NCBI GenBank assembly: GCA_013265495.1 | Contig: MU058768.1 | Location: 1 to 36,053, forward strand | Origin: Vicugna vicugna | Taxonomy: Eukaryota | Direction of reading: 5' to 3' | Length of the DNA stretch: 36,053 nt | In this document: positions 10,434-23,629 of the stretch, in pieces | Numbering within the stretch: the first letter of the stretch is position 1 | Layout of the letters: each line of letters opens with the position of its first letter | Position numbers and translations under genes: made by a program | Notes under the pieces: model-generated | What the model saw: only the letters and a program-made list of their open reading frames with translations | Told to the model about the DNA's origin: nothing | The model's database searches: none

Positions 10434-13400
10434 GGCATGCGCATGTTCACAACTCAGAAATGCATATTTGAGGAATCTGTGATGCATGAAACATGTTCGT
10501 ATTACGGAATGCCATGGTTATGTAAACAATGTAAATTAAATGTGTATTGGTGAGAATTCGCACAAATAGTGTTTTCCTGTGCCATATGTCCGATTTTAGA
10601 ACCTGGTGATAGAAAAATCTATGAAGTCAGAGTAAATATTTCTAAGTGTATATACGCTTGTTCGGTGAATGAAAGGTCAGTAATCCACATGCTCACAAGT
10701 CAGAAACGCATGATTGCCGAATCCGTCATACATGTAGCATGTTCGGAACCCGGAATGCCTAGTTGTTGGAATTCATGTAAATTATATATCTGTTAGGTGG
10801 AAATCGCTCAAAACTATGTTTCTGTGAAAAAAGCACTAATTCGATTCTGGTGTTAGGGAAAGTTTGTGAAAATGTGTACACGTGTCTAGATGAAAATATT
10901 ACTTTTATAGAGGATGAAAGAATAGTAATCCACTTGCTCTCAACGTAGGAATGCATGTTTGTCAAATCCATCATGTATGTAGCATGTACGGAACACGGAA
11001 TATCATGTAGACGGAGTCTATTCAAATTACATATCTCTAGGGCAGATTTCGCTCCAAGAGGGTTTTTGTGGGATCAAATTGTGATTCTTGAATCTGGTGA
11101 TAGGATGAAACTACGAAGTCAAAGTAAATATTTCAGAGTGCATACTTAACATGTTTGGTGGTTGAAATATCAGTCATGCGCTTATATACAACTCAGAAAT
11201 TCATGTTTTTGGAATCCGTGATGCATGAAACGTGTTCGTAATATGGAATGCCATGGTTATGTAAACAATGTAAATTAAATGTGTATTGGTGAGAATTCGC
11301 TCAAAGAGTGATTTCTGGAGCCAAATATCCGATTTTAGAACCTGATGAGAGGAAAAAAATATAAAGTCAGAGTAAATATTTCTAAGTCTATATAAGCCTT
11401 GTTTGGTTGATGAAAGGTCAGTAATCCACATGCTCACAAGTAAGAAACGCATAATTGCCGAATCCGTCATGCATGTAGCATGTACGAACCCGGAATGCCA
11501 TGTTGATGGAATTCATGTAAATTACATATCTGTTAGGTGGAAATCGCTCCAGAACTTTTCTTCTGTGAAAAATGCACGAAATAGAACCTGGTGTTAGGGA
11601 AAGCTTGTGAAAATGTGTACACGTGTCTAGATGAAAATATTACTTTTATAGAGGATGAAAGAATAGTAATCCACTTGCTCTCAACTTAGGAATGCATGTT
11701 TGTCAAATCCATCATGTATGTAGCATGTACGGAACACGGAATATCATGTAGACGGAGTCTATTCAAATTACATATCTCTAGGGCAGAATTCGCTCCAAGA
11801 GGGTTTTTGTGGGATCAAATTGTGATTCTTGAATCTGGTGATAGGAAGAAGTTACGAAGTCAAAGTAAATATTTCAGAGTGCATAGGTAACCTGTTTGGT
11901 GTTTAAAACATCAGTCATGCGCATGTTCACAATTCAGAAATGCATGTTTGAGGAATCCGTGGTGCATGAAACATGTTCGTAATACGGAATTCCATGGTTA
12001 GGTAAACAATGTAAATTTCATGTTTATTGGTGAGTATTCGCTCAAAGAGTGTTTTCTGGTGCCAAATGTCCGATTTTAGAACCTGGTGATAGAAAAAACT
12101 ATGAAGTCTGAGTAAATATTTCTAAGTGTATTTACGCCTTGTTTGGTGGATGAAAGGTCAGTAATCCACATGCTCAGAAGTCAGCAATACATGATTGCCG
12201 AATCCATCATACATGTAGCATGTACGGAATACGAAATGCCATATTGTTGGAATTCATGTAAATTATATATCTGTTAGGTGGAAATCGCTCAAAACTATGT
12301 TTCTGTGGAAAAAGCATGAATTCGAATCTGGTGTTAGGGAAAGCTTGTGAAAATGTGTACACGTGTCTAGATGAAAATATTACTTTTATAGAGGATGAAA
12401 GATTATTAATCCACATGCTCTCAACTCAGAAATGCATGTTTCTCAAATCCATCATATATGTAGCATGTACGGAACACTAAATATCATGTAGACGGAGTCT
12501 ATTCAAATTACATATCTTTAGGGTAGATTTCGCTCCAAGAGGTTTTTTCTGGGATCATATTGTGATTCTTGAATCTGGTGATAGGAAGAAGCTACGAACT
12601 CAAAGTAAATATTTCAGTGTGCATAGTTAACATATTTGGTGGTTGAAATATCAGTCATGAGCATATTTACCACTCAGAAATTCATGTTTTTGGAATCCGT
12701 GATGCATGAAACATGTTCGTAGTACGGAATGCTATGGTTATGTAAACAATATAAATTACATGTGTATTGGTGAGAATTCGCTCAAAGAGTGATTTCTGGT
12801 GCCAAATGTCCGACTTTATAACCTGATGAGAGGAAAAACCTATAAAGTCAGAGTATATATTTCTAAGTTTATATACGACTTGTTTGGTGGATGAAAGTTC
12901 AGTAATCCACATGCTCACAAGTATGAAACGCATGATTGCCGAATCCGTCATGCATGTAGCATGTACGGAACCCGGAATGCCATGTTGATGGAATTCATGT
13001 AAATTACATATCTGTTAGGTGGAAATCGCTCCATAACTTTTCTTCTGTGAAAAATGCACGAAATAGATCCTGGTGTTAGGGAAAGCTTGTGAAAATGTGT
13101 ACACGTTTCTAGATGAAATTATTCCTTTTATACAGGATGAAAGATTTTTATCCAGATGCCCTCAACTCAGGAATGCATGTTTGTCAAATCCGTCATGTAT
13201 GTAGCATGTACGGAACACGGAATATCATGTAGATGGAATCTATTCAAATTAAATATCTCAAGGGTAGAATTCCTCCAAGAGTGTTTTTCTGGGATCAAAG
13301 TGTGATTCTTGAAAGTGGTGATAGGTAGAAGCTACGAAGTAAAAATAAATATTTCAAATTACATAGGTAACTTGTTTCGAGTTTGAAACATCAGGCATGC

Positions 13401-16400
13401 GCACGTTCACAACTCAGAAATTCAAGTTTGAGGAATTCGTGTTACATGAATCATGTTCGTAATACGGAATGCCATGGTTATGTAAACAATGTAAATTACA
13501 TGTGTATTGGTAAGAATTTGCTCAAAGAGTTATTTCTGGTGCCAAATGTCCGATTTTAGGACCTGGTGATAGGAGAAACCTATTTAGTCAGGGAAAATAT
13601 TTCTAAGTCTATACACGCCTTGTTCGGTGGATGAAAGGTCAGTAACCCACATGCTCACAAGTCAGAAACGCATGATTGCCGAATCCGTCATGCATGTAGC
13701 ATGTACGGAACCCGGAATGCCATGTTAATGGAATACATGTAAATTAAATACTTATGAGGTGGAAATCGTTCCAGAACAATTTTGCTGTGAAAATTGCACG
13801 AATTCGTACCTGGTGTTAGGGAAAGCTTGTGAAAATGTGTATACGTGTCTAGATGAAAATATTCCTTTTATAGAGGATGAAAGATTAGTAATCCAGATGC
13901 CCTCAACCCTGGAATGCTTGTTTGTCGAATCCGTCATGTATGTAGCCTGTAAGGAACACGGAATATCATGAAGATGGAATCTATTCAAATTACATATCTC
14001 CAGGGTAGAATTCGCTCCAAGAGTGTTTTTCTGGGATCAAAGTGTGATTCTTGAAACTGGTGATAGGCAGAAGCTACGAAGTCAAAATAAATATTTCAAA
14101 GTGCATAGGTAACTTGTTTGGTGGTTGAAACATCAGTCATGCGCATGTTCACAACTCAGAAATTCAAGTTTGAGGAATTCGTGATGCATGAATCATGTTC
14201 GTAATACGGAATGCCATGGTTATGTAAACAATGTAAATTACATGTGTATTGGTGAGAATTCGCTCAAGAGTGTTTTCTGGGGCCAAATGTCTATTTTAGA
14301 TCCTGGTGATAGAAAAATCTATGAAATCAGAGTAAATGTTTCTAAGTCTATATACGCCTTGTTTGGTGGATGAAAGGTCAGTAATCCACATGCTCACAAG
14401 TCAGAAACGTATGATTGCCGAAAACGTCATACATGTAGCATATACGGAACCCGGAATGTCATGCTGTTGGAATTCATGTAAATTAAATATCTGTTAGTTG
14501 GAAATCGCTCCAGAAATATTTTTCTGTGAAAAAAGTACGAATTCGAAACTGGTTTTAGGGAAATACTGTAAAAATGTGTACAGGTGTCCAGATGAATATA
14601 TTAGTTTTATAGATTATGAAAGATTATTAATCCACATGCTCTCAACTGAGGAATGCATGTTTGTCAAATCTGTCATGTATGTAGCCTGTAAAGAACACGG
14701 AATACCATGAAGATGGAATCTATTCAAATTAAATATCTCTAGGGTAGAATTCCTCCAAGAGTGTTTTTCTGGGATCAAAGTGTGATTCTTGAAAGTGGTG
14801 ATAGGTAGAAGCTACGAAGTAAAAATAAATATTTCAAATTACATAGGTAACTTGTTTCGAGTTTGAAACATCAGGCATGCGCACGTTCACAACTCAGAAA
14901 TTCAAGTTTGAGGAATTCGTGTTGCATGAATCATGTTCGTAATACGGAATGCCATGGTTATGTAAACAATGTAAATTACATGTGTATTGGTAAGAATTTG
15001 CTCAAAGAGTTATTTCTGGTGCCAAATGTCCGATTTTAGGACCTGGTGATAGGAGAAACCTATTTAGTCAGGGAAAATATTTCTAAGTCTATACACGCCT
15101 TGTTTGGTGGATGAAAGGTCAGTAATCCACATGCTCAAAAAAACAAGTCAGCATGATTGCCGAATCCGTTATGCATGTAGCATGTACGGAACCCGGAATG
15201 CCATGTTGATGGAATTCATGTAAATTACATATTTGTTAGGTGGAAATCGGTCCAGAACATTTCTTCTGTGAAAAATGCACGAATTAGAACCTTGTGTAAG
15301 GGAAAGCTTGTGAAAATGTGTACACGTGTCTAGATGAAAATATTCTTTTTATAGAGGATGAAAGATTTTTATCCAGAATAACTCAACTGAGGAATGGTTG
15401 TTTACCGAATCCGTCATATATATAGCATGCACGAAACACGGAATATCATATAGATGGGACCTATTCAAATTACATATCTCTAGAGAAGGATTCCATTCAA
15501 GAGGGTTTCTGTGGGATCAAAGTGTGATTCTTGAAACTGGTGATAGGAAGAAGCTACGAAGTCAATATTAATATTTCAAAGGGCATTGGTAACTTGTTTG
15601 GTGTTTGACACATCAGTCATGCGTAAGTTTACAACTCAGAAATTCATGTTTCAGGAATCAGTGTTGCATGAAACATGTTCGTAATACGAAATGCCATGGT
15701 TATGGAAACAATGTAAATTACATGTGTATTGGTGAGAATTCGCTCAAAGAGTGTTTTCTGGTCCCAATGTCCGATTTTATAACCTGTTGATAGAAAAATC
15801 TATAAAGTCAGAGTAAATGTTTCTAAGTGTATATACGCCTTGTTTGGTGGATGAAAGGTCAGTAATCCACATGCTCACAAGTCAGCAACACATGATTGCC
15901 GAATCCGTCATACATGTAGCATGTACGGAACCCGGAATGCCATGTTGTTGAATTCATGTAAATTACATATCTGTTAGGAGAATTCGCTCAAAACTATGTT
16001 TCTGTGAAGAAGCACGAATTCGAATCTGGTGTTAGGGAAAGCTTGTGAAAATGTGTACACGTGTCTAGATGAAAATATTACTTAATAGAGGATGAAAGAT
16101 TAGTAATCACATGCTCTCAACTCAGGAATGCATGTTTGTCAAATCCATCATGCATGTAGCCTGTACGGAACACGGAATATAATGTAGACGGAGTATATTC
16201 AAATTACATATCTCTAGGGTAGATTTCGCTCCAAGAGGGTTTTTCTGGGATCAAAGTGTGATTCTTGAATCTGGTGATAGGAAGAAGCTACGAAGTTAAA
16301 GTAAATATTTCAGAGTGCATAGTTAACATGTTTGGTGGTTGAAACATCTGTCATGCGCATATTTACAACTCAGAAATTACTGTTTTTGGAATCCGTGGTG

Positions 16401-16597
16401 CATGAAACATGTTCGTAATACGGAATACCATGGTTATGTAAACAATGAAAATTACATGTGTATTGGAGAGAATTCGCTCAAAGAGTGATTTCTGATGCCA
16501 AATGTCCGATTTTTGAACCTGGTGATAGAAAAAACCTACGAAGTCAGAGTAAATATTTCCAAGTCTATATACGCCTTTTTTGGTTGATGAAAAGTCA

Positions 16598-16844
16598 GTA
16601 ATCCACATGCTCACAAGTAAGAAACGCATGATTTCCGAAACCGTCATGCATGTACATGTACGGAACACGGAATATTATGTGGATGTAATCTATTCAAATT
16701 ACATATTTCTATGGAAGAATTCGCTCAAAGTGGGTTTTTCTGGGATCAAATTCTGATTCTTGAAACTGGTGATAGGAAGAAGCTACAAAGTCAAATTAAA
16801 TATTTTAGAGTGCATAGTTAACATATTTGGTGGTTGAAACATCA
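16598..16844 (+). repeat. A/B chimeric monomer
   Basis: A-type start (CTCACAAGTAAGAAACGCATGATTTCCG) switches to B-type (GGAACACGGAATAT...TCTATTCAAATTAC) by ~16665, and C follows at 16845. Confidence 0.88.
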
Positions 16845-18952
16845 GTCATGCGCATGTTCAGAACTCAGAAATTCATGTTTGAGGAATCCATGATGCATGA
16901 AACATGTTCGTAATACGGAATGCCATGGTTATGTAAACAATGTAAATTACATGGGTATTGGTGAGAATTCGCTCAAAGAGTGTTTTCTGGTGCCAAATGT
17001 CCGATTTTTGAATCTGGTGATAGGAAAAACCTATGAAGTCAGAGTAAATATTTCTAAGTCTATATACGCCTTGTTTGGTGGATGAAAGATTAGTAATTAA
17101 CATGCTCACAAGTCAGAAACCCATGATTGCCGAATCCTTCATGCATGTAGCATGTACGGAACCCGGAATGCCATGTTGATGGAATTCATGTAAATTACAT
17201 ATCTGTTAGTTGGAAATCGCTCCAGATCATTTCTTCTGTGAAAAATGCACGAATTAGAACCTGGTGTTAGGGAAAGCTTGTGAAAATGTGTACACGTGTC
17301 TAGATGAAAATATTCCATTTATATAGGATGAAAGATTTTTATCCAGATGCCCTCAACTCAGGAATGCATGTTTGTCGAATCTGTCATGTATGTAGCATGT
17401 ATGGAACACGGAATATCATGTAGATGGAATCTATTCAAATTACATATCTCAAGGGAAGAATTCGCTCCAAGAAGGTTTTTGTGGGATTAAATTGTGATTC
17501 TTGAAACTGGTGATAGGAAGAAACTACGAAGTCAAAGTAAATATTTCAGAGTGCATATGTAACACGTTTGGTGGTTGAAACATCAGTCATGCGCAAGTTT
17601 TCATCTCAGAAATTCATGTTTGAGGAATCCGTGATGCATGAAACATGTTCGGAATACGGAATGCCATGGTTGGGTAAACAATGTAAATTACATGTTTATT
17701 GGTAAGAATTTGCTCAAAGAGTTATTTCTTGTGCCAAATGTCCGATGTTTGAACCTGGTGATAGGAGAAAACTATTTAGTCAGGGAAAATATTTCTAAGT
17801 ATATACACGCCTTGTTTGGTGGATGAAAGGTCAGTAATCCACATGCTCACAAGTCAGAAACTCATGATTGCTGAATACGTTATGCATGTAGCATGTACGG
17901 AACCCGGAATGCCATGTTGTTGGAATTCATGTAAATTACATATCTGTTAGGTGGAAATCGCTCCAGAACTATTTTTCTGTGAAAAAAGCACGTATTCGAA
18001 ACTGGTTTTATGGAAAGCTTGTGAAAATGTGTACACGTGTCTAGATGAAAATATTACTTTTATAGACGATGAAAGATTAGTAATCCACATTCTCTCAACT
18101 CAGGAATGCATGTTTGTCAAATCTGTCATGTATGTAGCATATAAGAAACACGGAATTTCTTTTAGATGGATCTATTCAAATTACATATCTCTAGGGTAGA
18201 ATTCGCTCCAAGAGGGTTTTTCTGGGATCAAAGTGTGATTCTTGAAACTGGTGATATTCAGAAGCTACGAAGTCAAAATAAATATTTCAAAGTGCATACG
18301 TAATTTGTTTGTTGGTTGAAATATCTGTCATGCGCATATTCACATCTCAGAAATTCAAGTTTGAGGAATCCGTGATGCATGAAACATGTTCGTAATACGG
18401 AATGCCATGGTTATGTAAACAATGTAAATTACATTTGTATTGGTGAGAATTTGCTCAAAGAGTTATTTCTGGTGCCAAAAGTCCGATTTTAGAACCTGGT
18501 GATAGGAGAAACCTATTTAGTGAGGAAAAATATTTCTAAGTCTATACACGACTTGTTTGTTGGATGAAAGGTCAGTAATCCACATGCTCACAAGTCAGAA
18601 ACGCATGATTGCCGAATCCGTCATGCATGTAGCATGTACGGAACCCGGAATGCCATGTTGATGGAATTCATGTAAATTACAATACCTATGAGGTGGAAAT
18701 AGTTCCAGAACTATTTTTCTGTGAAAAATGCACGAATTCGGACCTAGTGTTAGGGAAAGCTTGTGAAAATGTGTACACGTGTCTAGACGAAAATATTCCT
18801 TTTATATAGGATGAATGATTGTTAATCCAGATGACCTCAACTCAGGAATGTATGTTTGTCGAATCCATCATATATGTAGCATGCACGAAACACGGAATAT
18901 CATGTTGACGTAATCTATTCAAATTACATATCTCTAGGGTAGTATTCGCTCC

Positions 18953-19893
18953 AAGAGGGTTTTTGTGGGATTAAAGTTTGATTCTTGAAACTGGTGATAG
19001 GCAGAAGCTACGAAGTCAATATAAATATTTCAAAGGGGATAGGTAACTTTTTTTTGTTTGAAACATCAAGATGCGCATATTTACATCTCAGAAATTCAAG
19101 TTTGAGGAATTCGTGATGCATGAATCAGGTTCGTAATACGGAATGGCATGGTTATGTAAACAATGTAAATTACATGTGTTTTGGTGAGAATTCGCTCAAA
19201 GAGTAATTTATGGTGCCAAATATCCGTTTAGAACCTGGTGATAGGAAAAACTATGAAGTCAGAGTAAATATTTCTAAGTCTATACACGGATTGTTTGGTG
19301 GATGAATGGTCAGTAATCCACATGCTGACAAGTCAGAAACGCATGATTGCCGAATCCGTCATTCATGTAGCATGTACGGAACCCAGAATGCCATGTTGAT
19401 GGAATTCATGTAAATTACATATAAAGAGGGTTTTTGTGGGATTAAAGTTTGATTCTTGAAACTGGTGATAGGCAGAAGCTACGAAGTCAATATAAATATT
19501 TCAAAGGGGATAGGTAACTTTTTTTTGTTTGAAACATCAAGATGCGCATATTTACATCTCAGAAATTCAAGTTTGAGGAATTCGTGATGCATGAATCAGG
19601 TTCGTAATACGGAATGGCATGGTTATGTAAACAATGTAAATTACATGTGTTTTGGTGAGAATTCGCTCAAAGAGTAATTTATGGTGCCAAATATCCGTTT
19701 AGAACCTGGTGATAGGAAAAACTATGAAGTCAGAGTAAATATTTCTAAGCCTATATACGCCTTGTTTGGTGGATGAAAGGTCAGTAATCCACATGCTGAC
19801 AAGTCAGAAACGCATGATTGCCGAATCCGTCATTCATGTAGCATGTACGGAACCCAGAATGCCATGTTGATGAAATTCATGTAAATTACATAT
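18953..19893 (+). repeat. Out-of-register 471-bp-period tandem duplication (18953-19422 / 19424-19893)
   Basis: The junction TAAATTACATAT-A-AAGAGGGTTTTTGTGGG at ~19423 joins mid-A to mid-B. Both copies share AAAGGGGATAGGTAACTTTTTTTTGTTTGAAACATCAAGATG. Confidence 0.9.
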
Positions 19894-22800
19894 TTGTTAG
19901 TTGGAAATCGCTCCAGAACATTTCTTCTGTGAAAAATTCACGAATTAGAACCTGGTGTAAGGGAAAGCTTGTGAAAATATGTACAAGTGTCTAGATGAAA
20001 ATGTTCTTTTTATAGAGGATGAAAGATTTTTATCCAGAATAACTCAACTCAGGAATGTATGTTTACCGAATCCGTCATATATTTAGCATGCACGAAACAA
20101 GGAATATCATATAGATGGGATCTATTCAAATTACATATTTCTATGAAAGAATTCGCTCCAAGAGGTTTTTTCTGGGATCAAATTTTGATTCTTGAAACTG
20201 GTGATAGGCAGAAGTTACGAAGTCAATATTAATATTTCAAAGGGCATTGGTAACTTGTTTCTTGTTTGAAACATCAGTCATGCGCCTGTTCACAACTCAG
20301 AAATTCAAGTTTGAGGAATTCGTGATGCATGTATCATGTTCGTAATACGGAATGCCATGGTTATGTAAAAAATGTAAATTACATGTGTATTGGTAAGAAT
20401 TTGCTCAAAGAGTTATTTCTGGTGCCAAATGTCCGATTTTAGGACCTGGTGATAGGAGAAAACTATTTAGTCAGGGAAAATATTTCTAAGTCTATACACG
20501 CCTTGTTTGGTGGATGAAAGGTCAGTAATCCACATGCTCAGAAGTCAGAAACGCATGATTGCCGAATCCGTCATGCATGTAGCATGCACGGAACCCGGAA
20601 TGCCATGTTGATGGAATACATGTAAATTAAATACCTATGAGGTGGAAATAGTTCCAGAACAATTTTGCTGTGAAAATTGCACGAATTCGGACCTGGTGTT
20701 AGGGAAAGCTTGTGAAAATGTGTACAGGTGTCTAGATGAAAATATTCCTTTTATAGAGGATGAAACATCAGTAATCCAGATGCCCTCAACTCAGGAATGC
20801 ATGTTTGTCGAATCCGTTATGTATGTAGCATGTACGGAACACGGAATATCATGTAGATGGAGTGTATTCAAATTACATTTCTCCAGGGTAGAATTCGCTC
20901 CAAGAGGGTTTTTCTGGGATCAAAGTGTGATTCTTGAAACTGGTGATAGGAAGAAGCTACGAAGTCAAAGTAAATATTTCAGAGTGCATATGTAACATGT
21001 TTGGTGGTTGAAACATCAGTCATGCGCAAGTTTACAACTCTGAAATTCATGTTGGAGGAATCCATGATGCATGAAACATGTTCGGAATACGGAATGCCAT
21101 GGTTATGCAAACAATGTAAATTAAATGTGTATTGGTTAGAATTCATTCAAAGAGTGTTTTCTGGTGCCAAATATCCGATTTTAGAACCTGTTGATAGAAA
21201 AATCTATGAAGTCAGAGTAAATAATTATAAGTGTACATATACCTTGTTTGGTGGGTCCACGTGCTCACAAGTCAGAAACGCCTGATTGCCGAATCCGTCA
21301 TACATGTAGCATGTACGGAACCCGGAATGCCATGTTGTTGGAATTCATGTAAATTACATATCTGTTAGGTGGAAAACGCTCCAGAACTATTTTTCTGTGA
21401 AAAATGTTCGAATTCAAAACTGGTTTTAGGGAAATCTTGTAAAAATGTATACAAGTGTCTTGATGAAAATATTCCTTTTATAGAAGATGAAAGATTAGTA
21501 ATACACATGCTCTCAACTCAGGAATTCATATTTATCAAATCTGTCATGTATGTAGCCTGTAAGGAACACGGAATATCATGTAGATGGAATGTATTCAAAT
21601 TATATATCTCTAGGGTAGAATTCGCTCCAAGAGGATTTTTCTGGGATCAAAGTGTGATTCTTGAAACTGGTGATAGGCAGAAGCTATGAAGTCAAAATAA
21701 ATTTTTCAAAGTGCCTAGGTTAATTTTTTGGTGTTTGAAACATCAGTCATGCGCATGTTCACAACTCAGAAATTCAAGTTAGAGGAATTCGTGATGCATG
21801 AATCATGGTCGTAATACGGAATGCCATGGTTATGTAAACAATGTAAATTACATTTGTATTGGTGAGAATTTGCTCAAAGAGTTATTTCTGGTGCCAAATG
21901 TCCGATTTTAGAACCTGGTGATAGGAGAAACCTATTTAGTCAGGGAAAATATTACTAAGTCTATACACGCCTTTTTTGGTGGATGAAAGGTCAGTATTCC
22001 ACATGCTCACAAGTCAGAAAAGTATGATTGCCGAATCCGTCATACATGTAGCATGTACGGAACCCGGAATGCCATTGTGTTGGTATTCATGTAAATTACA
22101 TATCTGTTAGGTGGATATCGCTCCAGAACTATTTTTCTGTGAAAAATGCACGAATTCGACCTTGATGTTAGGGAAAGCATGTGAAAATCTGTACACGTGT
22201 CTAGATGAAAATATTCTTTTATAGAGGATGAAAGATTCGTAATCCAGATGCCCTCAACTCTGGAATGCTTGTTTGGCAAATCCGTCATGTATGTAGCTAG
22301 TATGGAACACGGAATACAATGTAGATGGAATCTATTCAAATTACATATCTGTAGGGAAGAATTCGCTCCAAGAGGGTTTTTGTGGGATTAAAGTGTGATT
22401 CTTGAAACTGGTGATAGGAAGAAGCTACGAAGTCAAAGTAAATATTTCAGAGTGCATAGGTAAACTGTTTGGTGGTTGAAACATCAGTTATGTGCAAGAT
22501 TACAACTCAGAAATTCATGTTTGAGTAATCCGTGATGCATGAAACATGTTCGGAATACGGAATGCCATGGTTATGTAAACAATGTAAATTACATGTGTAT
22601 TGGTGAGAATTCGCTCTAAGAGTGTTTTCTGGTGCCAAATGTCCGATTTTAGAAACTGGTGATAGAAAAATCTATGAAGTCAGAGAAAATATTTCTAAGT
22701 GTATATACGCCTTGTTTGGTGGATGAAAGGTACGTAATCCACATGCTCACAAGTGAGAAACACATGATTGCCGAATCCGTCATGCATGTATCATGTACGG

Positions 22801-23629
22801 AACCCGGAAATCCATGTTGATGGAATTCATGTAAATTACATATCTGTTAGGTGGAAATCGCTCCAGAACATTTCTTCTGTGAAAAATGCACGAAATAGAA
22901 CCTGGTTTTAGGGAAAGTTTGTGAAAATGTGTACACATATCTAGATGAATATATTCCTTTTATAGAGGATGAAAGATTTTTATCCAGATGCCCTCAACTC
23001 AGGAATGCATGTTTGTCGAATCCGTCATGTATGAAGCATGTATGGAACACGGAATATCATGTAGATGGAATCTATTCAAATTACATATCTCTAGGGAAGG
23101 ATTCGCTCCAAGAGGGTTTTTGTGGGATTAAAGTGTGATTCTTGAAACTGGTGATAGGAAGAAGTTCCGAAGTCAAAGTAAATATTTCAGAGTGCATATG
23201 TAACATGTTTGTTGGCTGAAACATCAGTCATGCGCAAGTTTACAACTCTGAAATTCATGTTTGAGGAATCCGTGATGCATGAAACATGTTCGGAATACGG
23301 AATGCCATGGTTATGCAAACAATGTAAATTAAATGTGTATTGGTTAGAATTCGTTCAAAGAGTGTTTTCTGGTGCCAAATGTCCGATTTTTGAACCTGAT
23401 GATAGAAAAATCTATGAAGTCAGTGTAAATAATTATAATTGTACATATACCTTGTTTGGTGGGTCCACGTGCTCACAAGTCAGAAACACATGATTGCCGA
23501 ATCCGTCATACATGTAGCATGTACGGAACCCGGAATGCCATGTTGATGGAATTCATGTAAATTACATTCCTATGAGGTGGAAATCGCTCCAGACCTATTT
23601 TTCTGAGAGAAATGCACAAATTCGAACCT

